A DNA stretch of 64,000 nt from contig CM059431.1 in NCBI GenBank assembly GCA_030390025.1, forward strand, positions 140,804,001 through 140,868,000, read 5' to 3'. The position numbers and the translations under genes were made by a program. The stretch is from Squalus acanthias (lineage: Eukaryota). Each line of letters opens with the position of its first letter. Position 1 is the stretch's first letter. Under the pieces are notes generated by a model. That model ran no database searches. It saw nothing but the letters and a program-made list of their open reading frames with translations, and was not told the origin of the DNA. This document shows, piece after piece, positions 40,595 through 53,100 of the stretch.

Positions 40595-41643
40595 TCTCCA
40601 GTGGAGACACGAATTTCTGGCCCGTTAATGGGCCAGAAATTTGGGTCTCCGGCTTCCCGCGGGTGCAAGAATCGCGCGCGTACTTACATATTGCACCTGC
40701 CATTGTGCTTCGGGCCTGCGTGGAATTCGGCTCCTGGGCCTCCTGCAGCTGCCGGCGTGCAGTGCTTGCATATCCCAGGGGCGCAGTTAGTTGGAAGCGT
40801 CCCCTGCTGCATTTCACACTTCATTTAGCCTCAACCTGTCAAATTAACACCTCCTCTTGCCTTGATTATCTCTTAATGTCTCTCAATGGCCCGAAAATTA
40901 GACCTAATACGCGAGAGTACGCACTGTGTACTCTCGCGTATTAGGTCCCGAATTCCTGCATGCACTGCGCATGCGCGGGAAACCGGCACTTCGTGTATTG
41001 CAAAGGGGGCGGTTCCTAAGTGAACCGCGTGCGCACTACAGGTTGCGTGCACGCAGTGCACTTAGTTTTTTATTCAGGTTTGAACGCGCAGGTAAGTGGT
41101 GAAGATTTTACACATGAAGAATGCAGGCGTAGGACCCCCTTTTAGCAAGGTAAGTAGTTAATTAAGTGTTATTTTAAAAAAAATTCAACAAGTTTATCTT
41201 TTTTAGAGACTTTAAAGAAAGGTAAGTTTATTTTTATAACTTTTAAAAAGATTTTAAATTTTTTCAAAAATTTAATTTTTTGTTTAAAGTGGTTAATTTA
41301 TTTAACTATATTTATTTTATTAATGTGATGGCTTTTTTTTAAATTTAATTGAGATTTAGCTGTTCTTTTGGGGGCTTGTAGTATTCATAGCTTTGACAGC
41401 CCTTGCTGTCAAAACTATGAATGAAAGATGGTGTGCTGCCATTGGCTCTAACTAAATCACGTGATCCCAGAGCTCGCACGAACTAATTGTGCCTCTGGGA
41501 TGCGCAAGCACTGCACGGTTGCAACAGGGAGAGGCCCTGAAACTAAAGTTCATGTGGGCCCGAAACAAAAAGGTAGGCGCGGAGTGCGATATCGCGGGGA
41601 ATCCTTACCCTCGCGGGAACCATCGATGTTTAATTTCTGAGCC
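40595..41643. mobile_element. Further related MITE pieces: orphan end (to 40623), truncated copy 40630-40805, inverted relative 40888-41643
   Basis: Same TIR; 40630-40805 matches 39767-39943; 41100-41360 is the reverse complement of 39990-40230. Confidence 0.7.
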
Positions 41644-41649
41644 AAAGTC

Positions 41650-41836
41650 TCTTAATCTCTCATTTTGTTCCTTCACCCCTCCCCCTTTTCCCAGCTTTAT
41701 ACTTGCTTTAAATCTATTTCATTTCTTGCTTTTTTCCAGTTCTGACGAAAGGTCTTCAACCTGAAACGTTAACTTTGTTTCTCTCTCCACGGATACTGCC
41801 TGGCCTGCTGAGTTTTTCCAGCGTTTTCTGTTGTTA
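41650..41836 (+). mobile_element. Penelope-type terminal fragment with hammerhead motif (~41738-41774)
   Basis: AGTTCTGACGAAAGGTCTTCAACCTGAAACGTTAACT; reverse complement of the 29186-29341 element. Confidence 0.75.
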
Positions 41837-43280
41837 TATCAATCTAGTAAACCTTCGTTGTACCAAGGCAAGTATATCATTTATCAGAAAAGGAGACCAA
41901 ACCTGTGCGCTGTATTCCGAGTGTGGTCTCAAGAAAACCCTGTACAATTGTAGCAAGACTTCCTTACTGTTGCACTCCAACCCGGCTTGCAATAAAGGCC
42001 AACATGCCATTCGACTTACCAATTGTTTGTTCTGCCTGCATGCTTACTTTCTGTGTTTCCTGTAAGATAACACTAAATCTCTCTGAACACCAAAATGTAA
42101 TAGTTTCTCACCGTTTAAAAAATCTTCTGTTTGTCTATTCTTCCTACCAAAGTGAATAACCTCACATTTCCCAACATTATAGTCCATCTGCCACCTTATT
42201 GCGCACTCACTTAGCCTGTCGATATCCCTTTGCAGGCTCTTTGTGTCCTACTCACAGCTTAATTACCCAGTTAGCTTTGTATCCTCAGCAACTTTGCATA
42301 CATTGCACTCAGTCCTTTCATCCACGTCATTAACAAAGATTGTAACTAGCTGAGGCCCAAGCACTGATCCTGCGGCACCCTACTAGATACTGCTTGCCAA
42401 CTGAAAAATGACCCATTTACTCCTAATTTCTCTTTTCTGTCCGTTAACCAGTCCTCTATCCGTGCTAATATATTACCCCAACCCCATGAGCCCTTATCTT
42501 GCGTAGCAAACTTTAATGCGACACATTATCACATTCGTCTTGGAAATCCTAATACACTACATCCCCTGGTTCTCCTTTATCTACCCTGCTAGTTGCATCC
42601 TTAAAAACTCTAATAAGTTTGTTAAATACGATTTCCCTTTCATAATACCATGTTGACTCTGTCAAATCATGTTATGTTTTGCTAAGTGCCCTGTTACCAC
42701 TTCCTGAATAGTGCATTCCAGCATTTTCCCAACGACTGATATCAGGCTAACTGGCCTGTAGTTCCCTGTTTTCTCTCTTCCCTATTTCTTGAATTGCTGG
42801 GTTACATTTGGTACCTCCCAATCTGCTGGGACCGTTCCAGAATCGAGGGAATTTTGTACAATCACTACCAATACATCCACTATCTCTGCAGCCACCTCTT
42901 TCAGAATCATAGAATGTAAGTGATCAGGTCTATGGGATTTGTCATCTGTTAGTCCCATTGATGTCTAAGTAATTTTTCTCTACTGATATTAATTACTTTA
43001 CGTTACTCACTCTCATTATCCCCCTGGTTCCCCGCTATTTTGGAATGCTATTTGTGTCTTCTACTGTGAAGACAGATAAAACATATTTGTTTAAAGTCTC
43101 TGCCATTTCCGCATTTCCGTTATTTCTTCTGTCTCAGCCTCTCAGGGACAAATGCTTATTTCTGCTACTCTCTTACTTTTTACATACAAGGAGCTCTTAC
43201 AATTTTTATGTCTCTTGCTAATTTAATGTAATATTCTATTTTTTCCCTTTTAATCAATTTTTCGTCATCCTTTGCTGGTT
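41837..43280 (-). mobile_element. Degraded CR1 ORF2 fragment
   Basis: Minus-strand EVLLQLYRVFLRPHSEYSAQVWSP and collinear decayed RT sequence. Confidence 0.88.
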
Positions 43281-43994
43281 AACAGAATGAAATTTCCAAA
43301 TGCAATTTCACACGCTAAAAGTCAGCTTCTGTAAATAGCATTCAAGTACATTTATCGTTTATTACACGCTTAGGAACAAAAACTTAGATGTCGATACCTT
43401 ATACACTTGGCACCAGACAGCACAGAAGGAGGCAATTCGGCACAACGTACCTGTACCCGCTCTTTCAAAGAGCAATCCAATTTGTCCCACTCCCCTGCTC
43501 TGTCACCAGAGCACTGCTAATGGTCTCCCCTTCGTGTATTTAACTAATTCAGTTTTAAAAGCCTCTGCTCCCACCAATCTTTCAGACATTGCTTTCCAGA
43601 TCATAATAACTCGATGACTAAAAACAATCTCCTTATCTCACCTCTGGCTCTTTTGTCAATGACATTACATCTGTGTCCTTTGGTTACCTAACTTTCTGTC
43701 AAAGGATACAGTTGCTCCTTATTTACTCTATCAAAACACCTTCATGAGCGCCTCTATTAAATCTCCCCTTAACCTTTTCTTTTCTAAGTAGAACATCTCC
43801 AGCTTCTCTAGTGTCTCCGTGTAGCTGAAGTCCCTCATCTCTGTTACCATTCTAGTAATTCTCCTCTCCACCCGCTCCAAGGCATTGAAAGCCTTCCTAA
43901 AGTGCGGTGCCCAGAATTGGACACAATGCTCCGGCTGAGGCTTAACCAGTGTTTGATAAAGTTTGAGCATAATTTCGTTGCGTTTGTACTCTGT

Positions 43995-44792
43995 GGTCAA
44001 AATTGTGGCAGATGGAGTTGAATGTGGGAAAATGTGAGGTAATTTACTTTGGACCTAAAAAGTATTGATCGGAGTATTTTCTAAATATTGAGAAGCTAGG
44101 AGCCGTGGATAAGCAGAGAGAATTAGAGGTCCGAGTATAGAAATTACTAGAAGCTAGTGGTAAGGTACAAAAATAAGTAAAAAGGCTATTGGAATGTAAG
44201 GCTTTATGTCAGGATCGCTGGAACACAAAAGTAATGTCACAGCTGCACAGAGCTCTGGTTAGAACCGATTTAGAGCACTGTGCTAATTTCTGGGCACCGC
44301 ACCTCAGGAAGAATATCTTGAATTTGGTGGTGGTGCAGCTCAGAGGTAAAGAGGCACATTATGAGGACGGATTGCATAGACAAAGCTTGTATTCCTTTGA
44401 ATATACAATATTAAGGGGTGATCTAATTGAGGTGTTTAAGATAATCAAAGAATTGATAAGATAAAAAGAGATAAACTGTTTCTTCTGGTGGAGGAGTTCA
44501 GAACGAGGGGATATAAACTTTAAAGCAGAGTTAGGCCGTTCAGGGGTGACGTTAGAAAACATTTCTTCACACAAAGGGTAGTGGAAATCTGTATCACTCA
44601 CCCTCAACAGCTGTTGAGGATCGGTGAATTGAAAATTTCAAAACTGTGATTGATAGATTTTTGGCAGACAAGGGTATTTAGGGTTGAGGAACCAAGGCGG
44701 ATAATGGGGTTAAGAGAAAGATCAGCCATTATGGAATTGAATGGCGTAACAGGCTCGAGCCAATGAATAGCCTACTGTTCCTACGTTCCTAT
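43995..44792 (+). mobile_element. CR1 3' fragment inserted in opposite orientation into the old CR1
   Basis: WQMELNVGKCEV, LVRTDLEHCANFWAPHLRK, 3' UTR and GTTCCTA-type tail. Confidence 0.85.
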
Positions 44793-45033
44793 AATCCTGT
44801 GCCTCTACTTATAAAGCCAATGTTCCCGTATACTTTTGTAAAAACCTTATGAACTTGTCCTGCCACCTTCAAAGATTTATCTATGTATACCCACATGTTT
44901 GTCTGTTCTTGCACCCCATTTAGTCTTGTACTATTTATGTTATATTGCATCTCCTTTCTTCCAAAATGCACCATTTCACACTCCTCGGCATTGAAATTCT
45001 CCTGCCATGTCTCTGCCCATTTCACCAGATTGC

Positions 45034-48000
45034 TGTACGATAGACTGGTATTATGGATTCTTAGTAGATGGCAATCATATATGTATAAATTCAAGTGTAG
45101 CCATTGACCAACTAATCTTACCCATGATTCTCTGTCAGTATGGAAATGCTAAAGACTGTTCGAATGTAGCCACGAAGACAATTAAAAAGCAGTTTTGACT
45201 AAGCTCAGATAACATACAGCCACAGGTTGCGAGTGAATGTCATATTGTTAAATAATATGTTATAGTACTCATAACATATTATAATGCTAAGTAAGAATTA
45301 GAGTTCGCTTAACAAAATTAATTGCAAAGATATTTGAAAGATAATTAGTATAAAAGATGTAAAATGAAAGCGATCTTGGGAGTTAAAGTATCCACTTGGT
45401 AGATCAAAGTGAGATAGTCTGAACACCATCTAGATAAGGGAAACAGCTCTGACATGGGTCCCTTGGTATTAGGCCGTATACTGCTTGTACCAGGGAAGGT
45501 AGAATAAGGGAGATAAGATAAATTCCAATAGTGTGAAGAAATATAAACAAGATAACGATGAAACAGAGTAGAGTTATTGGAAAATTACTGAGCCAGGAGG
45601 AGTCAAAATGCTAGTCTTAGTCTGAGTGACAATTGTATTTTGATCATTAGAACCTATGAAATAAGGTAATTTTGTTAAGGACCATATATGAACAACATAA
45701 GAAATAGGAGCAGGAGTAGGCCAATCGGCCCCTCGAGCCTGCTCTGCCATTCAATAAGATCATGGCTGATCTGATCCTAACCGCCAATCTACTATCTACT
45801 ATCACAGAACCATCTCCTGCATCTAACAGAATTGCACACACGAAATAGGAGCAGAATCAGGCTACACGGTCCCTGGGCCCGCTCCACTACCCACAGGGCC
45901 ATGACCGATCCGAACCTAGACTCATGTCCAAATTCCTGCCCGCTCCCCGTAACCCTTAATGCCCTTTACTTCTAGGAAACTGTCTATTTCTGTTTTAAAT
46001 TTATTTAATGATGTAGCTTCTACAGCTTCTTGTGGCAGCATATTCCATGGACCTACCACCCTCTGAGTGAAGTAGCTCCTCCTCATCTCAGTTTTGAAAG
46101 AGCAGCCCCTTATTCTAAGACCATGTCCCCTAGTTCTAGTCTCACCCGTCATCGGGAACATCCTCCCCGCATCCACCCGATCCAACCCCTTCACAATCTT
46201 ATATGTTTCAATAAGATCGCCTCTCATTCTTCTGAACTCCAATGAGTAGAGTCCCAATCTACACAACCTCTCCTCATATGACCACCCCCTCATCCCCGGG
46301 ATTAACCGAGTGAACCTTTTTTGCACTGCCTCGAGAGCAAGGATGTCTTTCCTTAAGTAAGGACACCAAAACTGTATGCAGTATTCCAGGTGCGGTCTCA
46401 CCAATACCTTGTACAACTGAAGCAATACCTCCCTATTTTTATATTCTATCCCCCTAGCAATGAAAGCCAACATTCCATTTGCCTTCTTAATCACTTGCTG
46501 CACCTGCATACTAACCTTTTGAGTTTCGTGCACCAGGACCCCCAGATCCCTTTGCACTTCAGTACTCTCCAGTTTCTTGCCATTAAGATAATAAATTGCT
46601 CTAGGATTTTTCCTGCCAAAGTGCATCACCTCACACTTTCCAGTGTTGTATTCCATCTGCCAAATCTCTGCCCACTTACTTAGCCTGTCTATGTCCCCTT
46701 GCAGGTTTTTTATGTCCTCCTCACTCACTACTTTCCCTCCCATCTTAGTATCATCTGCAAATTTTGATATGTTACACTTGGTCCCTTCCTCCAAATCGTT
46801 AATATAGATTGTAAAGAGTTGGGGACCCAGCACTGACCCCTGTGGAACACCACTAGTTACTGATTGCCAGTCCGAGAATGAACCATTTATCCCAACACTT
46901 AGCTTTCTGTTAGATAGCCAATCCTCTATCCATGCCAGAATATTACCCCCAATCCCGTGATTTTTTACCTTAAGCAATAATCTTTTGTGTGGCACCTTGT
47001 CAAATGCCTTTTGGAAGTCAAAATACACTACGTCTACTGGTTCCCCTTTATCCACTGAATATGTTACTTCCTCAAAGAACTCCAGCAAATTTGTCAAACA
47101 TGACTTCCCCTTCGTAAAACCATGCTGACTTTGTCCTATTAAATTATGATTATCCAAATGTCCTGTTACTGTTTCCTTAATAATGGACTCCAAAATTTTA
47201 CCTACCACAGATGTTAGGCTAACCGGTCTATAGTTACCAGCCTTCTGTCTACTGCCCTTTTTAAATAAGGGTGTTACATTAGCAGTTTTCCAGTCTGCCG
47301 GGACCTTAGCGGAATCCAGGGAGTTTTGAAAAATTATTACCAATGCATCTACAATCCCTACCGCCACTTCTTCAATACTCTAGGATGTAAGCCATCAGGT
47401 CCAGGTGATTTATCCGCCTTGAGTCCCATTATTTTACCGAGTACCACTTCCTTAGTGATTTTGATCGTGTTTAGCTACTCTCCCCCTATAGCCCCCTGTT
47501 TGTCCAGTGTTGGGATATTCTTAGTGTCCTCTACTGTAAAGACTGATACAAAATATTCATTCAGTGTTTTTGCCATCTCCATATTTCCCACCATTAATTT
47601 CCCGGTCTCATCCTCTAAGGGACCAACATTTACTTTAGCCACCCTTTTTCTTTTTATATAACTATAAAAACTCTTACTATCTGTTTTTATATTTTTTGCT
47701 AATTTACTTTCATAATCTATCTTCCCTTTCTTAATCAATCTTTTTGTTATTTTTTGCTGCCTTTTAAAGTTTTCCCAATCCTCTGTCCTCCCACTAGATT
47801 TCGCTACCTTATATGCCCTTGTTTTTAGTCGAATACTATCCTTAATTTCTTTACTTAGCCACGGATGACTGTCCTTTCTTTTACACCCTTTTCTTTTCAG
47901 TGGAATATATATTTTTTGGAAGTTGTAAAATAACTCCTTGAATGTACACCACTGATCATGTGTCGTCTTACCCTTTAATCTATTTTCCCAAACCACTCTA

Positions 48001-49426
48001 CTCAATTCCGCTCGCATACCTTCATAGTCTCCTTTATTCAAGCTTAGCACGCTTGTTTGAGATCCAACCTTCTCACCCTCTAATTGAATATGGAATTCAA
48101 CCATGTTATGGTCACTCATTCCAAGGGGATCCTTTACTAGGACATTTTTAATTAATCCTGTCTCGTTACACAGGACCAGATCTAAGGTTGCTTGCCCCCT
48201 GGTCGGTTCAGTTACATACTGCTCAAGAAACCCATCCCTAATACACTCAATGAACTCATCCTCAAGGCAGCCCTGCCCCATTTGATTTGTCCAATTAATA
48301 TGATAGTTAAAATCCCCCATAATTATAGATGTTCCCTTATTACATGCCTCAACTATTTCCTGATTGATACTCCGTCCAACAGAGTTGCAACTGTTCGGAG
48401 GCCTATAGACTACGCCCACTAGTGTTTTTTTCCCCTTATTATTCCTTATCTCCACCCAAACTGTTTCATTATCATGATTTTTTGACCCAATATCATTACT
48501 CTGTATTACAGTGATTCCTTCCTTTATTAACATAGCCACCCCACCTCCCCTTCCTTCCTGCCTGTCCTTCCTGATCGTTAAATAACCTGGTATGTTTAAT
48601 TCCCAGGCATTGTCTCCCTGCAGCCATGTTTCTGTAATGGCCACAATATCATAACCATATGTAGTTATTTGTGCCATTAACTCGTCTATTTTGTTACGAA
48701 TGCTACGTGCATTCAGATAGAGAACTTTCAAATATGCTTTGTGGCACTTAGTTCCTGCTTTTTCACTTTTTACCACTTTACCTTTTACTCCACACACTCT
48801 GTCCCAAACTGCCACGCTCTGATTTGTGATTCCCCTACTGCTACCTATGTCTATGACCCTCTCTGTTGTCATTTTTATTTTTTGCTCTATTGAAACCTCC
48901 CCCCCCACCTAATTAGTTTAAAGCCCTCTCCACAGCCCTAGTTATTCGATTCGCCAGGACACTAGTCCCAGCACTGGCCAAGTGAAGTCCGTCCCAACGG
49001 AACAGCTCTCTCCTGCCCCAGTACTGGTGCCAGTGTCCCAAGAAGCAAAACCCATTTTTCCCACACCAGTCTTTGAGCCACGCATTCAACTCCCTGATTT
49101 TATTTACCCTAGCCAAATTTGCTCGTGGCTCAATATGGGCACTGGCCAAACGAACTGTTGATAAGAAAAGGGTTAAAACCCCGATACTAAAATAATAATT
49201 TCTCACAGAACTACTGCGAAGGCAAAGAAACAGATTGAAGACGACGTCACCTGTGTCCGAGAGGTTCCAGAGACCAAGGGCTGTGAGCTACTCGTTAAAA
49301 CTGTCGCCTATTGTTAAGTCTCTTACGCTGTAAGCTTAATAAATCTTGATCTATTGCTCAAACATACTGGCTGCTGCATATTGGTGTCTTGTCCAAGAAC
49401 TCTTAGGGATAATTTAAGCTCTTACA
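45034..49426 (+). mobile_element. Probable solo LTR (45034-45690 + 49133-49426, ~0.95 kb) split by a young CR1
   Basis: Non-CR1 sequence with TGTACGA...TCTTACA inverted termini and AATAAA about 85 bp before the end; the host CR1 resumes on both sides; TSD only degenerate (TTGC/CAGC). Confidence 0.6.
45691..49132 (-). mobile_element. Young 5'-truncated CR1 LINE (end of ORF1 + near-intact ORF2)
   Basis: ORFs 47475-48908 (APE: YLNARS, MGDFN, SDH) and 45922-47367 ([14 protein letters not shown]); one stop plus a frameshift between them; ATATG duplicated at 45686-45690 and 49133-49137. Confidence 0.96.
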
Positions 49427-49964
49427 CAGCCTATGTCCTCCTGACGTCTTCTAATGTCCTCCTCAGGGTTTACGAATTTTTCGAGTTTTGTTTCATCTGC
49501 AAGCTTTGAAATGATGCCCTGTATACCTAATTCCAGTTCATTAATATATATCAAAAACAGCAATGCTCGTAATATCGACCCCTGGGGATACCATTGTACA
49601 CTTCTCTCCAGTCAAAAAAACCACCGTTCACCACAACTTTTTGCTTTCTGTCCCTTCGCTAATGTTGTATCCACGCAAACATTGCACCTTTATTGTCGTT
49701 GGCTTCTAGTCTATTACGAAGTACTTTGTCAAAAGTCTTCTACAGTTCCATATAAACAACATCAACTGTACAACCTTCAACAGTCCGCTCCCTTATTTCA
49801 CAGACTGAGTGGCTTGTAGTTAATTGGTTTATCGCACTCCCCAATTTTTAAACAAGGGGGTAACATTTGCAAATCTCCAGTCATGTGGCACCACTCCCTT
49901 ATCCAAGGAGGATTTTAAGATTGAAGCCAGGGCCTTACTTCTCTCAGCAACCCAGGATGCATCC

Positions 49965-50158
49965 TGTCGTAAGAATGAGCCTTACGCGTGGTGAACTTAA
50001 AGTAAGCTTTAATCAACTAAAAAGGTGCTACATACAAAAGAGGTCTTACTCTATGCCTCTCCAGGATCCAACTGCTCAGTCCAGTATTTATCCTGGACTA
50101 ATCACAGGAAGTGATGCAATAAAGTTCGAGTCACAGGAAGCTGTATTGTGTTACCACA
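49965..50158 (-). repeat. 3' LTR of the Gypsy element
   Basis: Preceded on the minus strand by the G-rich PPT GGGGGGGGGAGAA. Confidence 0.97.
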
Positions 50159-50177
50159 TTCTCCCCCCCCCAAAAGA

Positions 50178-53100
50178 TTAGGAGGCCGGGATGCTCCCTC
50201 CATTTCGTAGCCGCCGGACGAGGGAGAGCCGCACCCGTTTGGGTTCTCGTAGCGGTAGAGGGCCCCTAGCCCGTTTACCCGCCGCGGGCCGTGGACCAGA
50301 GTCCGAGTGATCCAGCCCGCTCTGTGAGGGGTCAGGACGATCCTGACTGTGTACTGGTGCCTGAACGGGTGTCGGGCAGGGCTGTGGCAGATCCGTTTCC
50401 GAGCGTATGGTACGGGGTGGATCGTGGCTGCGCGTGCGAGCCCCGACGGGCTCACAGTCAGTCTGCCCCAGGTCGGCACGCTGGAGTGAGGTACCAGCCG
50501 GTGTCAGATCCAGATCGTGATGAGAGGCACCTGGCGAGCCCAGAGATGTGCCTGGTACAATATCATCCCCTGGTGTCCCTCTATGTTTCGGCGGGCAGGG
50601 AGCCAGATCCCGCAATGACACGGTAGATTCCCGACCGTCAGGATACCGAATATAGGCGTAGGTAGGGTTGACGTCAGTGAGCTCAACCTCATCTACCAGG
50701 GGGTCATTCTGAGACGCCCGGACATATCTTCGGAGTAGCACTGGTCCCGGTGCAGTCAGCCACGACGGGAGAGATATCCCATAGGATGAGCGACGCTGAA
50801 ATCGGAAGAACCGTTCATGAGGTGTCGTATTTGTGGCGGTCGAAAGGAGGGACCGTGTGGAGTGTAATGTGTCTGGAAGTACTGCTTCCCATTGCTGGTT
50901 GGGTAGGCCCCGAGATCTCAAAGCCAGACGTACCGCATTCCAGATGATAGCATTAAAACGCTCGACTTGCCCATTCCCGACCGGATGATAAGGCGTCGTT
51001 CTGCTGGCAGCAATACCCCGTTCCGAGAGATAGGCCTTGAGTTCTCCTGACATAAAAGAAGGGCCCCGATCCGAATGAACATAGGATGCCATGCCACAGA
51101 AAGCAAATACCTGCTCAAGGCAGCTGATAACCGTGGTCGTCAGCATATTGGGGCAGGGAAAGGCAAACGGAAAACGGGAATACTCATCGACCATGGTCAA
51201 TAGATAAGTGTTGCGAGTTGAAGAGGGCAACGGCCCCTTAAAATCGATGCTAAGCCGTTGCATTGGCTGGGTCGCATGTATGAGTATACCACCCGAGGGG
51301 CGGAAAAACTGAGGTTTCAATTCCGCACAGACTCTGCAGTCCGAGCACCTCTTCTTTACATCCCCGGTAGAGAATGGGAGATTTCGGGACCGCACGAAGT
51401 GTAGCAAGCGAGTAACGCCCGGATGACACAACCCATCATGGATGTCTACGAGCGTAGAGGGTGCCATGGCGGAGCAGAATGCTCGTGTGAGGGTATCCGG
51501 AGCCACATTCTCCTTGCCAGGTCGATAGTGGATGGTGTAACCAAAAGAGGCCAATTCCAGCCGCCAAAGCTGGATTTTATTATTTTTAATTTTGGTCCGT
51601 TTTCGATTATCGAGCATGAAGACGACCGATCGCTGGTCCGTGATTAAGGTAAAGTGCTGGCGAGCTAGGAGATGAGTCCACTTCCGTACTGCCTCTATGA
51701 TGGCTGTAGCTTCTTTCTCGACTGGAGGATAATGTAGCTCAGCCCCTTGAAAAGTCCTGGACAAAAATGCCACCGGACGACCTTCCTGATTCAGAGTGGC
51801 CGAGATCGCCACCTTCGAGGCATCACACTCAACAACAAAAGGAAGACTCTCATCGATGGAGTGAAGAGCCGCTTTCTCCAACTGTTTTTTCAGGAGGTTA
51901 AAGGCTGCAACAGCCGCTGTGTCTAGTGGGAATGTGCTGGTCTTCAGTAGAGGCTGGATTCGGTCCGAGAAGTTAGAAATCCATTTAGCATAGTATGCAA
52001 ACAGGCCGAGGGCCCGGCGCAAGGAGGCCGGATTCTTAGGTGGCGGGAGCTCTTGGAGTGGGCGAAGCCTTTCAGGGTCAGGTTTAATGATGCCATTGCC
52101 CACACAATAGCCAAGGATGTTGATGGTTGGTTGTGACTCAATGGATTTAGCCGCATTTAATGTCAAATTACGGTGCTGGAGTGCATCCCGAAATCGTTGG
52201 AGATTGGCGTCATGTTCCCGCTGATTGCGACCTGCGACAGTAATATTGTCCAGATAAGGAAACGTATCCTTCAAGTCTTCCTGTTTGACCAGGTCATCCA
52301 TTGCTCGCTGGAAGACAGCCACTCCATTAGTGACCCCAAAGGGGAGGCGACGAAATTGATACAGCCGTCCATTGGCTTCAAAGGCCGTATACTGCTTGTC
52401 TGAGACCTTCAAGGGTACCTGATGATAGGCACTTTTCAGATCATATGTTGAGAACACCGTGTACTCAGCCAGTTTATTAACCATATCATCGATGCGCGGC
52501 AATGGGTATGCGTCCAAGTCCGTATATTGATTGATGGTCTGTGAATAGTCAATGCACAGCCGTTTCTTGTGAGGTTGTAGAGGGTTCTTAACAATAACGA
52601 CCTGGGCGCGCCATGGCGACGAACAAGGCTCGATGATATCCTCTGCTAAAAGCTGAGAAATCTCAGCCGCAATAAAAGACTGGTCTTCCTGACTGAAACG
52701 TCGTGACTTTGTTATAATCGGTTTGCATCGAGGAGGGATACTGGTAAACAGTGAGGGTTCATCCAGTGAAGCTGTTGACAATGCACAGAACGGTAATCGA
52801 GGTCGTATATTAGAAATAGTGAGTTCAGGTTTGGATCCGCCGAACTCAATGGTGAGCTTCTTATGCTGCTTTTGAAAATCCAGCCCTAAGATAAGATCAC
52901 TACATAAGTCCTTGAGCACCGAAAGCCGGGTGGAGGGATACCTGTGACCATTAAGTGTTATTTCAACCATACAAAAGCCAGAAATTCTGGTATTAAGTGA
53001 TGACTGAGCCATCGCAATTGCCTGGTCCGATGGGAAAACATGTAGCTTTAACTCTGCAACAATCTGTTCCGTAATGAAATTATCAGTGCTACCTGAGTCA

